Below, in pieces: positions 10,701-20,271 of a stretch of DNA of 64,000 nt; the first letter of the stretch is position 1, and every line of letters begins with the position of its first letter. Source of the DNA: Abditibacteriaceae bacterium. GTDB lineage: Bacteria > Armatimonadota > Abditibacteriia > Abditibacteriales > Abditibacteriaceae. Made by a program: the position numbers and the translations under genes. The notes beneath the pieces are model-generated. The model was not told where the DNA came from. It searched no databases and was given only the letters and a program-made list of their open reading frames with translations. The DNA lies in the NCBI GenBank assembly GCA_965277285.1, contig OZ255721.1, forward strand, positions 2,752,001 to 2,816,000, read 5' to 3'.

Positions 10701-11605
10701 GGCGCCGTTCCAATCGCGCCTGCCATTTCCACGCGCTCGCCGATTTGTGGCGCGGGCGTGACGGTTGCCGCCAATTTCAAGGTTCGAGTACTCGATGTGT
10801 AACTTTCGACAACGGCGCCGCGCAAACCGCGATTCGACAACGGATCGCCAATCAGGACATAAACATTGCCGCTCGCAGGGAAATTGCCGCGCCCTTTTTC
10901 CAGCGTCAAATTCAAGCCGTTAATGCGCGCAATTTGCCCGAACGGAACCGTCGCGTTTGCAAAATCCCAGTTGGTGATGGTGCGCAAGGCGCTTGTCAGA
11001 GGGTGATGGTTTTGGCCACGCACATAAACCACGCGCTTGTCCCACGCTGCGAGTTCATTCGGCGAACGACCAATAATCGTGAAACGTAAGTCGCCGGTGC
11101 GCGCGTTGTCGCGGTTGTCCGAAGCGTTGGGCACAACTTTTTCGGCTTTGACCAGAAACGGCAACGCATCGCCGCGTTGTTGCGAACGCGGATCAGGATA
11201 GCGCACAAAACCATCGGAATGATAATTGGCGTCGTTTTCATCAACGCCGCTGGTGCGCCAACCGTTCGATTTGTCAAATTCGTCGTAATAGAACGTGAAA
11301 CTGGCGTCTTCGGGTTGCGGCGGCGGATTCTCGTTCTTCGGTCGCCAGGCCAAACCTTCGCTTTGCATCTTGAAATAAACGAAACGAACGCCCGCATCGG
11401 CGGCCAATCGCGCTTCGTTTTCGGATGACGAACGCGCCGTTTGATTGAGATTCGCTGCGACAATCGTCACGAACGTGGCGCCTAAAACAGCGACGAAGAT
11501 CATCAATAAAACCGAAATCAGCAACGCCTGACCACGACGCCGCGCGGATTTGTGCGACAAGTTGGAAACCAAAGCGGAGAAAATCAAAATCGAATTCCTT
11601 TTCAA
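7769..11605 (-). CDS. large PilX-like pilus-associated protein (1278 aa)
   Basis: RRRGQALLISVLLMIFVAVLG pilin-like N-terminus, ARLAADAG PilX-type motif, last gene of the T4P cluster. Confidence 0.7.
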   Translation of the reverse strand: MKRNSILIFSALVSNLSHKSARRRGQALLISVLLMIFVAVLGATFVTIVAANLNQTARSSSENEARLAADAGVRFVYFKMQSEGLAWRPKNENPPPQPEDASFTFYYDEFDKSNGWRTSGVDENDANYHSDGFVRYPDPRSQQRGDALPFLVKAEKVVPNASDNRDNARTGDLRFTIIGRSPNELAAWDKRVVYVRGQNHHPLTSALRTITNWDFANATVPFGQIARINGLNLTLEKGRGNFPASGNVYVLIGDPLSNRGLRGAVVESYTSSTRTLKLAATVTPAPQIGERVEMAGAIGTAPWLDFNGNGTFETARENVIFDLASLGGGTSGGVRANGGLLLFGDVRALNLRAPQNATSGTSVATIRASGGVQLMPFPTVPAAVPTLTVAGEYSNGGTARTLNNATVVPSNDLNFPGVWAGMNADEKSQLVDDGWNRLAEVPSSTRQVGHFTPPDIEAGGAQNRYRRLTQSSRPLSPLAPSSASLYGYGEGIYINNLRDRERVGGGTLLREMTQDELRRMWTSHATSSTLTYLRLGTPSSRTLANRSLEEQHLRGWIGPDEFRARGALIELNTDNTISITLDSRDDTATYNLGAAAHKGWRDANGNLLGHPSSGGVYRQTFAWPKNGVICAEGNIRIRGQANNPPHSLTVVSFNNIYIEGSLSASDKKVLLLAKRNVVLNPTRVLERTDDQTLLRTAITASTNAPVYSINVYDASAFQAGDWVTLDNNSSNAQEVCVASVDTFNNRLNLLASTPVRSSQPALRPVRAKSDPLNSGEPYTRYNRLDRFGQALQRRFNLPSGSSSEVRIALRHSAERRAAVRVPYLDGLSAPTMALLSHKLAANAQTSLIRTPDKNLVVMGAAFALDFWSVMRPMPAGTRAVNYHLNWLAGPTLPVYTFNGVLRNRASPSWRYADSSTQLLFNHYGENPNTIGNLQMPPFYFMASVGNRADATSTGLWPWRPNLKTLGLYDIPMATSVVSTLNGVYSNETASGLRSDIWDNTRGNYERVGQFGFNPIHGAVLPDASSADETEDVATSDQSFYVNYAGSPLVPQSFLLDSRVLDGARNGSNSVALRFNNKIVDGVYRLTDYFDSTSYSGNGGRIPYYNVSRLKLENVGLNAQHQIESLAPAQTLDVRAFVYAQEGSWIVIPNDWYDATVRNNVDADRDGTISRSEQIAAYRFRRNNYSLKFSGAICENQSAIVHASGTVVGTVADWTDKSATVSLNATNFNGPNANNAFRDDLSTQNSNFGTIFYAFDDGIARGLFDDDIGLHLPVAPENA

Positions 11606-11648
11606 GTGTTCGATTTATAATATCAGGATTGAAGTTAGGATTTCAAGC

Positions 11649-11685
11649 AAAAAGCGCGGCTCGCTCTAAAAAAGCAAGCCGCGCT
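11649..11685 (-). terminator. putative intrinsic terminator
   Basis: AGCGCGGCTCGCT-loop-AGCAAGCCGCGCT stem followed by a T-run on the minus strand. Confidence 0.55.
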
Positions 11686-11713
11686 CTGGTTTTATGCGCT
11701 TCGAGTACTCGAT

Positions 11714-12760
11714 TTAGCGAATGTTCGGACAATCAATGCTTTGCACGAGAGTGAACTTTTGGAAGTTCACGTTACTATTCGCGCTTTGATTGATGTTGTT
11801 TCCGCCATCACCGGAAACCTGACGATTGAAGTTCGTCAAAGTCAAACTCACCGTGACCTGATTGATTTTGCCGTCGCCGTTGGTATCGGCGCAAGTGAAC
11901 GTTGTGTTGGGAACAAGGCTATAGTTGGACGGAAGTGCTGTCGGCGTCGGCCAAGTCGCGTTTGGCGTGACCAGAGCAACGTTGCGCGGTGTCGCAATAA
12001 TATGACTACTGGGAACAAGACCACCAGTCGTTGCATCTTGGCAAATGTTTTCAGAAGCATTTGGAATAACGGTGCTCAAATCAAACTCACCTACCGCATT
12101 CTGTGTGAGCCACTTCAAACCCCGTGTCGTTCCTGAGGAGTAACGCGTTGTCGAAGTATCAGCATTTGGATCGGTGCCAATCTGAAAAATTGTTCCATCG
12201 GCGTTTCTGTAAGGATACTGCGCACGAATTAGCACGACTGGATTGTTATATGGATCGTAAGGATGAGTCGAGTCAAAACGCCGCGCATAGTATGTCACAA
12301 TGTATTTCGCGGGTGTAATCGGATATTTCACGGCACCGCTGGTGGAATCAATCTCTGGCAGCAACATATCAATGCGCGATGTATTGTCACCTGTTCCGCC
12401 AAGGTAAGGATGTCCGGCATTGTCACTATAAGGCGCCTTTGAGGTATCAGCTATTCCAGGCAAATAAGCGTTTGGATAAATGTAAATGGCGCGGCTGAGG
12501 TCGCGTTGCAGCTGCGACATGGTTTGATTTGAGGCTTGTTGCAGAACGGCGCGCGAGCGGCCAATCGCCATGAAGCGCGTCGCCTGTGTCAAAGGCACGA
12601 AAACGACAACCATCAAGATGGCGAAAATCGCCAGCGCCACCATCACTTCGATGAGCGTAAAGCCGCGCGCGCGCCGCGACTTTCGAGCACTCGAAGTTGG
12701 CGCTTGATATTCAAATTGGAGAGAAATTGGTTTCATGGGATTCACAACTGAAATTTCCAC
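11714..12760 (-). CDS. prepilin-type N-terminal cleavage/methylation protein (PilW-like)
   Basis: RARG|FTLIEVMVALAIF class III signal. Confidence 0.85.
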   Translation of the reverse strand: MEISVVNPMKPISLQFEYQAPTSSARKSRRARGFTLIEVMVALAIFAILMVVVFVPLTQATRFMAIGRSRAVLQQASNQTMSQLQRDLSRAIYIYPNAYLPGIADTSKAPYSDNAGHPYLGGTGDNTSRIDMLLPEIDSTSGAVKYPITPAKYIVTYYARRFDSTHPYDPYNNPVVLIRAQYPYRNADGTIFQIGTDPNADTSTTRYSSGTTRGLKWLTQNAVGEFDLSTVIPNASENICQDATTGGLVPSSHIIATPRNVALVTPNATWPTPTALPSNYSLVPNTTFTCADTNGDGKINQVTVSLTLTNFNRQVSGDGGNNINQSANSNVNFQKFTLVQSIDCPNIR

Positions 12761-12787
12761 GACTGAAGTTTCAGCGCTTCTTCGACT

Positions 12788-13726
12788 TTACGGTGTGCGT
12801 TGCCAGCCAGGTTGCGGTTGTCCCGCCGATGCTGCATTTAATGGTCTGGTTTTCACGCTGCCATCGGCAAACAAAACGATGTCGCCGTTGCGTCCGCCTA
12901 AACCGGTGCGATGCCATTTGCACCACAAAATGACCGTATCTGCCGGTGGTCGCTTTTCAAAGACTTGAGTGGCTCCATCATAATGTAGCAGTTGATTATT
13001 CCAAGTGGTGTCGGTGACGACATTGGTGCGCTGCGTTTGATAAGTCGGCACTGGCGTCGTTGTGTTTGGTGGCGCTGGGTAAATCTCTGTACCTGTGTCA
13101 ATCGTTTGATACGATAGGTAGTTCGGATTGAAACGCTTTCCATTCTGCGTGAACATCGTGTCATCGGAAATTGGGACAGTAGGTGTCGCAGGCAATCCAT
13201 CATCATCCACAAGTTGTGGTGCGTTATCGTTTGGGCAATGCAAATTCGTAATGTTGTGCAAGTAAATACCAACAAACTTCGCTTGAGTGCCCGCCGCTGA
13301 TGTGGTTGTATATAACTTGAAGGTCGTATCTTGCGAACCGACATTCGTCAAGTCATCGGGCGCTACCGTTGTGTACAACTTCCACAATCCCATCGTATCA
13401 ACTGGCAATCCATTGACGCCGCCGTTGTTGGCGCCCGCTGGAATGGTTGTTGTATTCGTATCGTTGTAATAAGGATAAGCGCCGTCATAATCGTTGGCAT
13501 ACATGCGCAAAGCATTGTAAATCTGCGACATATTGACTTGACAACCCGAACGCCGATTGCTCGCCGTGATTTGAAACAAGCCGCCCAAAATCAAGGCCGA
13601 CAAAATAGCCGCAATTGCCATCACGATCAGCAATTCGATCAGCGTGAAACCGCGCGTGCGAACGCTGATGCGAACGTTGCGGCGCGCTTTCGAGTACTCG
13701 ATATGTCGGGGAGCAAAGGTTTTCAT
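12788..13726 (-). CDS. prepilin-type protein with DUF1559-like/H-X-DG C-terminus
   Basis: RTRG|FTLIELLIVMAI, CQVNMSQIYNALRMYANDYDG, VLFADGSVK. Confidence 0.85.
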   Translation of the reverse strand: MKTFAPRHIEYSKARRNVRISVRTRGFTLIELLIVMAIAAILSALILGGLFQITASNRRSGCQVNMSQIYNALRMYANDYDGAYPYYNDTNTTTIPAGANNGGVNGLPVDTMGLWKLYTTVAPDDLTNVGSQDTTFKLYTTTSAAGTQAKFVGIYLHNITNLHCPNDNAPQLVDDDGLPATPTVPISDDTMFTQNGKRFNPNYLSYQTIDTGTEIYPAPPNTTTPVPTYQTQRTNVVTDTTWNNQLLHYDGATQVFEKRPPADTVILWCKWHRTGLGGRNGDIVLFADGSVKTRPLNAASAGQPQPGWQRTP

Positions 13727-13747
13727 AGCAATTCCGTCGGTAATGAC

Positions 13748-15505
13748 TCAATTCAGCGGACGATACATTTCCGCGACTTCCTGCGTATATTCGCCGTTCT
13801 GAATCCATGCCGAACGCGAACGCACCGAAACGCCGCGCACTGACTGAATCGCATCCGCCGCCACAGGATTTCCGCTGGCATCAATAAAATTCACGGCGGA
13901 AACTTGATTATTGGACTCAAAATTCGGCATGTTCGGCAGGTTGGGGCGAGGCAAAAGTTTCGCACCAATTGTCATGATCTGGTTCGTCACTTTGTTGGTT
14001 CCACTTAAAAACGAAACCATGATCGTTTTACCGGCTTCGCTGGCGTGGAAATACATGATGTTGCTGCTCGTTACAGTGCCGGTGCTGTCGGAAAGCGGTT
14101 GCCAGTAGAACTCGCGCCACTTCTCTGTTGTCGCTCGATTCGTGTCGAAAGCGTAATAACTCTTTGCCGCGACCGAAAGCTGCTGCGCCCAACCATGCGT
14201 CGCCCAATAAGAAGTGCGAACGCGCGGCGCAACCATCGGGGGCTTGTTCGTGCCTATGCTATCGGCAATGTCATAAGTCGCCGATGTCTGATCGACATCC
14301 AAAACGACATCGTTGCCAACCGCGCCTGGTGCGGCTGTCCAAAGACCACGTCGTTCATCCTTAGGAAGGACACCCTGAGCATCTGGCGCAGGCATCGTCA
14401 AGGCATAAAGTGCTTTCCCAGACGGGGCGGTTGTCACAGGTGTTCCCAAAAACGGAATCGTTAATTTGACATCGCGCGCCGTGGCAGGTGCTGGACCCGC
14501 AAGAGGCGGATTGCTCTTTATCGTCGGAACGGTCGAGGAAATGTCTTCAACCAACCATCGCCAATCGAGTACATCGTAATCGACAGCTACTTCTTGGCCC
14601 GTTACAAAGCTGGCATCAACAGCAAGAAAACCACGAGCCAAATCGTCAGCATCAATAGGTGAAGGAGGAGACGCCGATTTAGTTGTAAATATCTTTAGAG
14701 CGATGGGACCATCAACAACCTTTTTACCCTGTGCCCCTTGGAAGACTTGCATATTGCCTGGAGACGCAACAAAAGCAATGGGTTCATCATCGACACTTTG
14801 CAAGGCATATGTCGGTGGTGGCCCCACTGTTAACGGAGTTTGAAAAGAGTACGATACATAATAAAAACCGGCAGTAGGCGTCGTGAAAGCCGAGCCATCG
14901 GAAGCCTTGATAGCGTCTGTAAAATCAAGCATACCTGTGCTACTCACGCGCACACCTTCAATCAAATCGGGCACGCTGACCTGCGGCGTATTCGTATAAG
15001 CGTAGTTCAAAAGCACAAACTTGTTGCCCGAATTGTCTTGAAGAACCTTGTGACGCTCGCCAACGATGTGCTTGAAATGTCCCAAGGCCGAACTATCGTA
15101 ATCGGCATCTGTCTTTGGCAAGGAAAAGTTGCGGTTGCGCGAACCTTCCACTGCGATGTCAGGATCGTTCCAGCCACCGCCTGGCGCTCTATCAAAAATC
15201 GCATCGGGAATGGAAGCGGGATCGGAATTGTAGCGCGCCAGCGTGCCCTTGACTTGCGACATCGCAATTTCGCGGTTTTCGCTACCGTGAATTACGTTGA
15301 AAGCGGGCGGGAACAAGTTCATAATCGCCAAGCCACCAATCAACAAAACAACCATCGCGATTAAAACTTCCAGAACGGTGAAACCTGCGCGACGCGAAGC
15401 CGAACGAGAAATCGCGCGCGATGTCAAACGCGACGAAACAACGCCTTTTCTGAAAGAGGAAGCGCAGAGTGCGTATCGAGTACTCGAAAACGAGAAATTG
15501 GTCAT
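13748..15505 (-). CDS. prepilin-type protein (PilV-like, long)
   Basis: RRAG|FTVLEVLIAMVVL class III signal; start placed at ATG 15505. Confidence 0.8.
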   Translation of the reverse strand: MTNFSFSSTRYALCASSFRKGVVSSRLTSRAISRSASRRAGFTVLEVLIAMVVLLIGGLAIMNLFPPAFNVIHGSENREIAMSQVKGTLARYNSDPASIPDAIFDRAPGGGWNDPDIAVEGSRNRNFSLPKTDADYDSSALGHFKHIVGERHKVLQDNSGNKFVLLNYAYTNTPQVSVPDLIEGVRVSSTGMLDFTDAIKASDGSAFTTPTAGFYYVSYSFQTPLTVGPPPTYALQSVDDEPIAFVASPGNMQVFQGAQGKKVVDGPIALKIFTTKSASPPSPIDADDLARGFLAVDASFVTGQEVAVDYDVLDWRWLVEDISSTVPTIKSNPPLAGPAPATARDVKLTIPFLGTPVTTAPSGKALYALTMPAPDAQGVLPKDERRGLWTAAPGAVGNDVVLDVDQTSATYDIADSIGTNKPPMVAPRVRTSYWATHGWAQQLSVAAKSYYAFDTNRATTEKWREFYWQPLSDSTGTVTSSNIMYFHASEAGKTIMVSFLSGTNKVTNQIMTIGAKLLPRPNLPNMPNFESNNQVSAVNFIDASGNPVAADAIQSVRGVSVRSRSAWIQNGEYTQEVAEMYRPLN

Positions 15506-15531
15506 GGAAAGCTCTACGAAAATGCACCGCA

Positions 15532-16449
15532 TCAAAAATTCTGATTTTGCCACGTTTGATTTGCCTGCCAATCTTTAATATCAACTGATTTTACCGAAGC
15601 GTCCAAACGCAAAATCAGCGCGCGCGAAGCCGATTGCGACAAATGATAAGGGCAGTAAGTCACGATTGTGTTGGCCGGAGCAAAACGATTCGATAGCGAA
15701 AGTTTTACGACGTTGGTGCGCCACTCAGCTAACCACGCCGCTTGCATCGCTGGAGTAACAGGCCCTGGCGGAGGAGATGGAATTGTCGTATCCGGCGCGA
15801 CATAACCACGCGTCGTATCAACTAACCACTTGTTCGCTGGAGACGAATTGTCCGGCGCGCTGGCATTTGTCGAAGCAGCAGACGCATCGCTTTGATTCGC
15901 GTAAGCAACTCCATCGTTGCGATAGCCCCAGCAATTCCATATATGACGGCTTAAATCTTCCATGCTACTCACAGGAGCCGATGGAAACGGAAGACCCGTT
16001 GACAAATCGCCATAAGAGGAACGTGGCAAGTCGCGCGAACCGTCGTCATCGGGACAAAACAAGCTGGTTGTGTTTTTCAAATAGCCCGTTCCGCCTGGAT
16101 TCGGACAAGTCGAAGACGTGCCGTTTGCGCTGCAAGCCTGGGCATCAATGCCAGGTGTCATTGGCGCGGGCGTTGTGACATCGGTCGAACTGTTATCAAG
16201 CGCCGAGGCCGAATGATATGACTTGGAAGACGGCAACAAAACCGCGAGGCTGTTGGGAAACTCTTTTTCGTCTGCGCGATACATTTGAACCGCGATACCA
16301 ATTTGATGCAGGTTCGAGGTGCAACTGGTTTGACGCGCATTTTCGCGCGCCCGCGCAAAAGCCGGAAACAAAAGCGCCGCCAAAATCGCAATGATGGCGA
16401 TGACGATGAGCAACTCAACAAGGGTAAAAGCGCGACGACGTTTGGTCAT
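15532..16449 (-). CDS. prepilin-type protein with DUF1559-like domain
   Basis: [48 protein letters not shown]. Confidence 0.88.
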   Translation of the reverse strand: MTKRRRAFTLVELLIVIAIIAILAALLFPAFARARENARQTSCTSNLHQIGIAVQMYRADEKEFPNSLAVLLPSSKSYHSASALDNSSTDVTTPAPMTPGIDAQACSANGTSSTCPNPGGTGYLKNTTSLFCPDDDGSRDLPRSSYGDLSTGLPFPSAPVSSMEDLSRHIWNCWGYRNDGVAYANQSDASAASTNASAPDNSSPANKWLVDTTRGYVAPDTTIPSPPPGPVTPAMQAAWLAEWRTNVVKLSLSNRFAPANTIVTYCPYHLSQSASRALILRLDASVKSVDIKDWQANQTWQNQNF

Positions 16450-16546
16450 AATAAGGATGGCTCGGTTGGTTGCCGATTTCAATTCACATGAAGCTGAGGC
16501 GGCCTGCAGTATTTTCATTATACCCCGATAGCCCTTTATCTAAACA

Positions 16547-17521
16547 TTAAGGACGTGGGCGAGACGACACGTCAGCGGTCGCGGGCGTTGTATTTTGCCC
16601 TATGAAATGGTTGAGATACGCGTTGTTGATGCGCGCTCCGTACAACGCCGCCAGCAAAGCTCCGACAGCCAACATCGGGCCAAACGGAACTGGCCTGCGA
16701 AACGCGTGGAAAAACAGCGGTCGCGCCAGCTTTTGCCGCATGGTTCGAGTACTCGATTTCGCGCGGCGCCACAAACGCACGGCGCGCGGCGTTTGCATTC
16801 CCACGCCGACGAGTGCGCCAATCGTTACCGACAAGAAGAGAAACGTCATCAAGGCCGCGTTCCAGCCAATGTTGGCCGCGATGCCCGCCGTCAAAAACAC
16901 ATCGCCGAAACCCAACGCCTCGCGCCCATAAATCAGCGATGCGACGGCGCGAAACGTCCACAACACAGCCGCCATTACGATCATCGCCAGCAAACTCGGC
17001 GGCAAAGGCGCCGGTAAAATTGACCAATCGAAAACTGTAACCGGCGGCAAAGGCTGCTTTTCCGCGAAAAAACGGACGGCTTCCGCACCGACGCCGACCA
17101 ATCCCAGCAGCAGCGCCGCCGACATCGGGATCAGCATCGTTTCGTAATCGACCCAGAAAATGACGATCAAGCACGAAACGAACAACAGCATTTGCGCCAA
17201 TCGAATCCAATCGCCCACGAAAACGCCGTCCTGAAAGTTTTCCGGCAGCGCGCCGCACAATACAAAGGCGACGCCCGTCAAAACTTCCATGCCCCAGTAA
17301 CGCCACGATATTTTCTGTCCACAGTAACGACAGCGCGCGCGCAAGGCGAGCTGCGACACAATCGGAATCAGGTCGATGGGTTTCAAGCGCGTGTCGCAAT
17401 TGGGACAATGCGAAGGCGGCTCGCTAACGCTTTCACCGCGCGGCAAGCGCCAAATGCAAACGTTAAGAAACGATCCGACGACCGTTCCCAGCGCAAATAA
17501 ACCGAACAAAAACCAGAGCAT
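16547..17521 (-). CDS. pilD: prepilin peptidase (A24)
   Basis: GSFLNVCIWRLP, CPNC and CRYC zinc motifs, GFGD, PFGPMLA. Confidence 0.95.
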   Translation of the reverse strand: MLWFLFGLFALGTVVGSFLNVCIWRLPRGESVSEPPSHCPNCDTRLKPIDLIPIVSQLALRARCRYCGQKISWRYWGMEVLTGVAFVLCGALPENFQDGVFVGDWIRLAQMLLFVSCLIVIFWVDYETMLIPMSAALLLGLVGVGAEAVRFFAEKQPLPPVTVFDWSILPAPLPPSLLAMIVMAAVLWTFRAVASLIYGREALGFGDVFLTAGIAANIGWNAALMTFLFLSVTIGALVGVGMQTPRAVRLWRRAKSSTRTMRQKLARPLFFHAFRRPVPFGPMLAVGALLAALYGARINNAYLNHFIGQNTTPATADVSSRPRP

Positions 17522-17552
17522 GAAAAATCAGGAAACCAGCAAGGCGAACAAA

Positions 17553-17590
17553 AGGCGGAAGCAAATCGAGTACTGGATTCGCTTCCGCCT
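17553..17590 (-). terminator. hairpin terminator after pilC with a palindrome variant at its centre
   Basis: AGGCGGAAGC...TCGAGTACTGGA...GCTTCCGCCT followed by a T-run on the minus strand. Confidence 0.65.
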
Positions 17591-17608
17591 GAGTTTTTAG
17601 GGTTGGAT

Positions 17609-18838
17609 TTAGCCGCTCAACTTCGAGATGATAGCGATAAACGGCATGAACATGGCGATCACAATGAAGCACACGATGCAACCCAGGATACAAATCATGA
17701 TCGGTTCGAGCGCCGCAGAAAGCGATTCGAGCTGCGTTTCGACTTCAGCTTCGTAAAAGTCGGCGACTTTGCCCAGCATCTGGTCAAGCGCACCGGTTTC
17801 CTCACCGATGGAAATCATCTGCACCACCATCGGCGGGAACATTTTACTTTTTTCCAGCGGGTCGCCGATCGAATCGCCTTCGCGGATGCGCGCTCGCGCG
17901 TTCATAATGACATCGGAAAACGTTTCGTTATCAATCGCGTGCGCCACCGTTTCCAAAGCCTGCAAAATCGGTACGCCGCTCGTCAACAAAGTCGACAGCG
18001 TTCGCGTGAAGCGCGCCACAGCGATTTCTTTGCTGAGCTTGCCAAACACCGGCAGTTTCATTTTGTACTTATCAACCACGCGCTTGCCGAACTTGGTCTT
18101 TTTGAAGCGACCAAACAAAATCTTGAAGGCGATCATGCCGCCAATAATGAGCGGCATTCCATAACGCGAAGTCATGAAGTTGGACACGTCGATCAGGAAC
18201 TGCGTCGCGGCGGGCATTTCCACGTTATCAAAGGCTTTGAAGATGTCGATGAACTGCGGCACGATGAACGTCACCAGGCCGGTCACGATCAAAAACGCCG
18301 CGATCATAACGATGACGGGATACGTCATCGCCGCCTTGATCTTCTGCTTCAAACGCATATCATCTTCTAAGAACTCGGCCAGGCGCTCCAGCGTTTCGTC
18401 CAAAACACCGCCGACTTCGCCAGCGCGCACCAGACCAATGAACAAGTTGTCGAAAACGTTGTTGTGATAAAGCAAAGCGCGCGACAATGTTTCGCCTGCT
18501 TCCACTTTGTTCTGGATGTCGCGGATCACCATTTTCAAGCGCGGATTGTCGGTTTGGCGCTCCAGAACAGAAAGACAACGCACCAGGCTGACGCCCGCGT
18601 TAATCATAGTGGCGAACTGGCGACTGAAAATCGACTTGTCCTTCAGCTTGATCTTCTTGAAGGCCAACATCGGATTTTTGCGCTTACCCTTCTTTTCGGC
18701 GCCTTCTTTGGCGACCTGCGTCACCCAGAAACCCGAATCCTGCAACTGCTTGGTCAGCGTTTTTTCGTTGTCCGCTTCGCGCCGCCCGCGCACAATCTTG
18801 CCTGTTTTATCTTTGGCCACATAAGCAAATGTTGGCAT
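17609..18838 (-). CDS. pilC: type IV pilus inner-membrane platform protein (T2SS F family)
   Basis: FSRQFATMINAG, AGEVGGVLD, AAMTYP, IGEETGALD; AAGGAG SD. Confidence 0.95.
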   Translation of the reverse strand: MPTFAYVAKDKTGKIVRGRREADNEKTLTKQLQDSGFWVTQVAKEGAEKKGKRKNPMLAFKKIKLKDKSIFSRQFATMINAGVSLVRCLSVLERQTDNPRLKMVIRDIQNKVEAGETLSRALLYHNNVFDNLFIGLVRAGEVGGVLDETLERLAEFLEDDMRLKQKIKAAMTYPVIVMIAAFLIVTGLVTFIVPQFIDIFKAFDNVEMPAATQFLIDVSNFMTSRYGMPLIIGGMIAFKILFGRFKKTKFGKRVVDKYKMKLPVFGKLSKEIAVARFTRTLSTLLTSGVPILQALETVAHAIDNETFSDVIMNARARIREGDSIGDPLEKSKMFPPMVVQMISIGEETGALDQMLGKVADFYEAEVETQLESLSAALEPIMICILGCIVCFIVIAMFMPFIAIISKLSG

Positions 18839-18938
18839 AAAAATCTCCTTCAAACGTCTGTCAGCAAATGCGTCGCGGCTTTCGAGTACTCGATCGGGCA
18901 ACGCTTCAACACGGGAACCAATTAACGCCCATCAGGGC

Positions 18939-20186
18939 TTAACGTCCATCAGGACTGGAGCGGTTCAAAATCATCGCTTCGAGTTCCGCCGCGTTGTGCG
19001 AGCGCGCCAGCGCATCGTCGTAAGTGATGTCGCCTTTATGATACAAATCGCGCAACGCTTGATCCATCGTTTGCATTCCGATACCGGTCTGCGTTTGGAT
19101 AATTGAAACCATCTGGTGAGCCTTGGCTTCGCGGATCAGGTTCCGAATCGCCGAGTTGGCGATCATAATCTCCAACGCTGCCACGCGACCGCCGCCAGTT
19201 TTGGGCAGCAATTGCTGCGAAATAATCGCTACGATTGAGTTCGACAATTGCGTGCGAATTTGTTCCTGCTGATCGGACGGAAAAACGCCGACCATGCGGT
19301 CAATCGATTCCGCCGCCGAGTTCGTGTGCAACGTGCCGAAAACAAGGTGACCAGTTTCCGCCGCCGTAATCGCCAGGTGAATCGTTTCGTTGTCGCGCAT
19401 TTCGCCGACCAAAATCACATCGGGATCTTCGCGCAACGCCGCGCGCAACGCATTGGAAAACGCCTTGGTATCGGTTCCCACTTCGCGCTGATTGACAACG
19501 CAACGCTTGTGTTCGTGGACGAACTCAATCGGGTCTTCGACCGTGATGATGTGCCCGTCATGCGTACTGTTGATGGTGTTCAAAACCGCCGCCAGCGTTG
19601 TCGATTTGCCGCTTCCCGTCGGCCCCGTCACCAGCATCAGGCCGCGCGGACGCTGCGCCAAATCCATGATAACCGGCGGCAGATTGAGGTCGGCAGCCAT
19701 CGGAATTTTGCTGGGAATGACGCGCATCGCCGCCGCAACATTCGTCTTATCGCGGAAAGCGTTCACGCGAAAACGCGCGACGTGCTGCGCCGTATAAGCG
19801 AAGTCGAGTTCGAGGTCGTTTTCAAAGCGCTGAATTTGTTCATCGGTCAAAATATCGTAGATCATGCGCTGCACGACGGGCGCGCGCACGTCTTCGTACT
19901 CGTCCAATTCCAGAATCTTGCCGTGCAACCGGATGCATGGCCCTTTGCCGACTGCCAGATGCAAATCGCTGCCGCCCAGTTCGACGACTTTGGCTAACAA
20001 TTCGTCGATGTGCGTTTCATCCAGCGATTCGCGCTCGACAATATCGTAATATTCGTCCTCGCTTTCCACTTCCGGCGCGCCATTGACCGCTTCGCGGACG
20101 CCGTTCGCCGCGCTGCCATTGGCGGCGTTGCCAGGCGGCATCACAGCTTGAGGACGTCCACCGACTGCATTGGGAGATTGTGCCAT
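18939..20186 (-). CDS. pilT: type IV pilus retraction ATPase
   Basis: GPTGSGKSTT, ALREDPDVILVGEMRD, AIRNLIRE motif. Confidence 0.97.
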   Translation of the reverse strand: MAQSPNAVGGRPQAVMPPGNAANGSAANGVREAVNGAPEVESEDEYYDIVERESLDETHIDELLAKVVELGGSDLHLAVGKGPCIRLHGKILELDEYEDVRAPVVQRMIYDILTDEQIQRFENDLELDFAYTAQHVARFRVNAFRDKTNVAAAMRVIPSKIPMAADLNLPPVIMDLAQRPRGLMLVTGPTGSGKSTTLAAVLNTINSTHDGHIITVEDPIEFVHEHKRCVVNQREVGTDTKAFSNALRAALREDPDVILVGEMRDNETIHLAITAAETGHLVFGTLHTNSAAESIDRMVGVFPSDQQEQIRTQLSNSIVAIISQQLLPKTGGGRVAALEIMIANSAIRNLIREAKAHQMVSIIQTQTGIGMQTMDQALRDLYHKGDITYDDALARSHNAAELEAMILNRSSPDGR

Positions 20187-20271
20187 AAAGACCTTCTTTG
20201 CGACGAAACCAACTGACAAAACTTGAATCGAGTACTCGATTCGCCTTAAAGACTGCTACGAACAACCGCAA

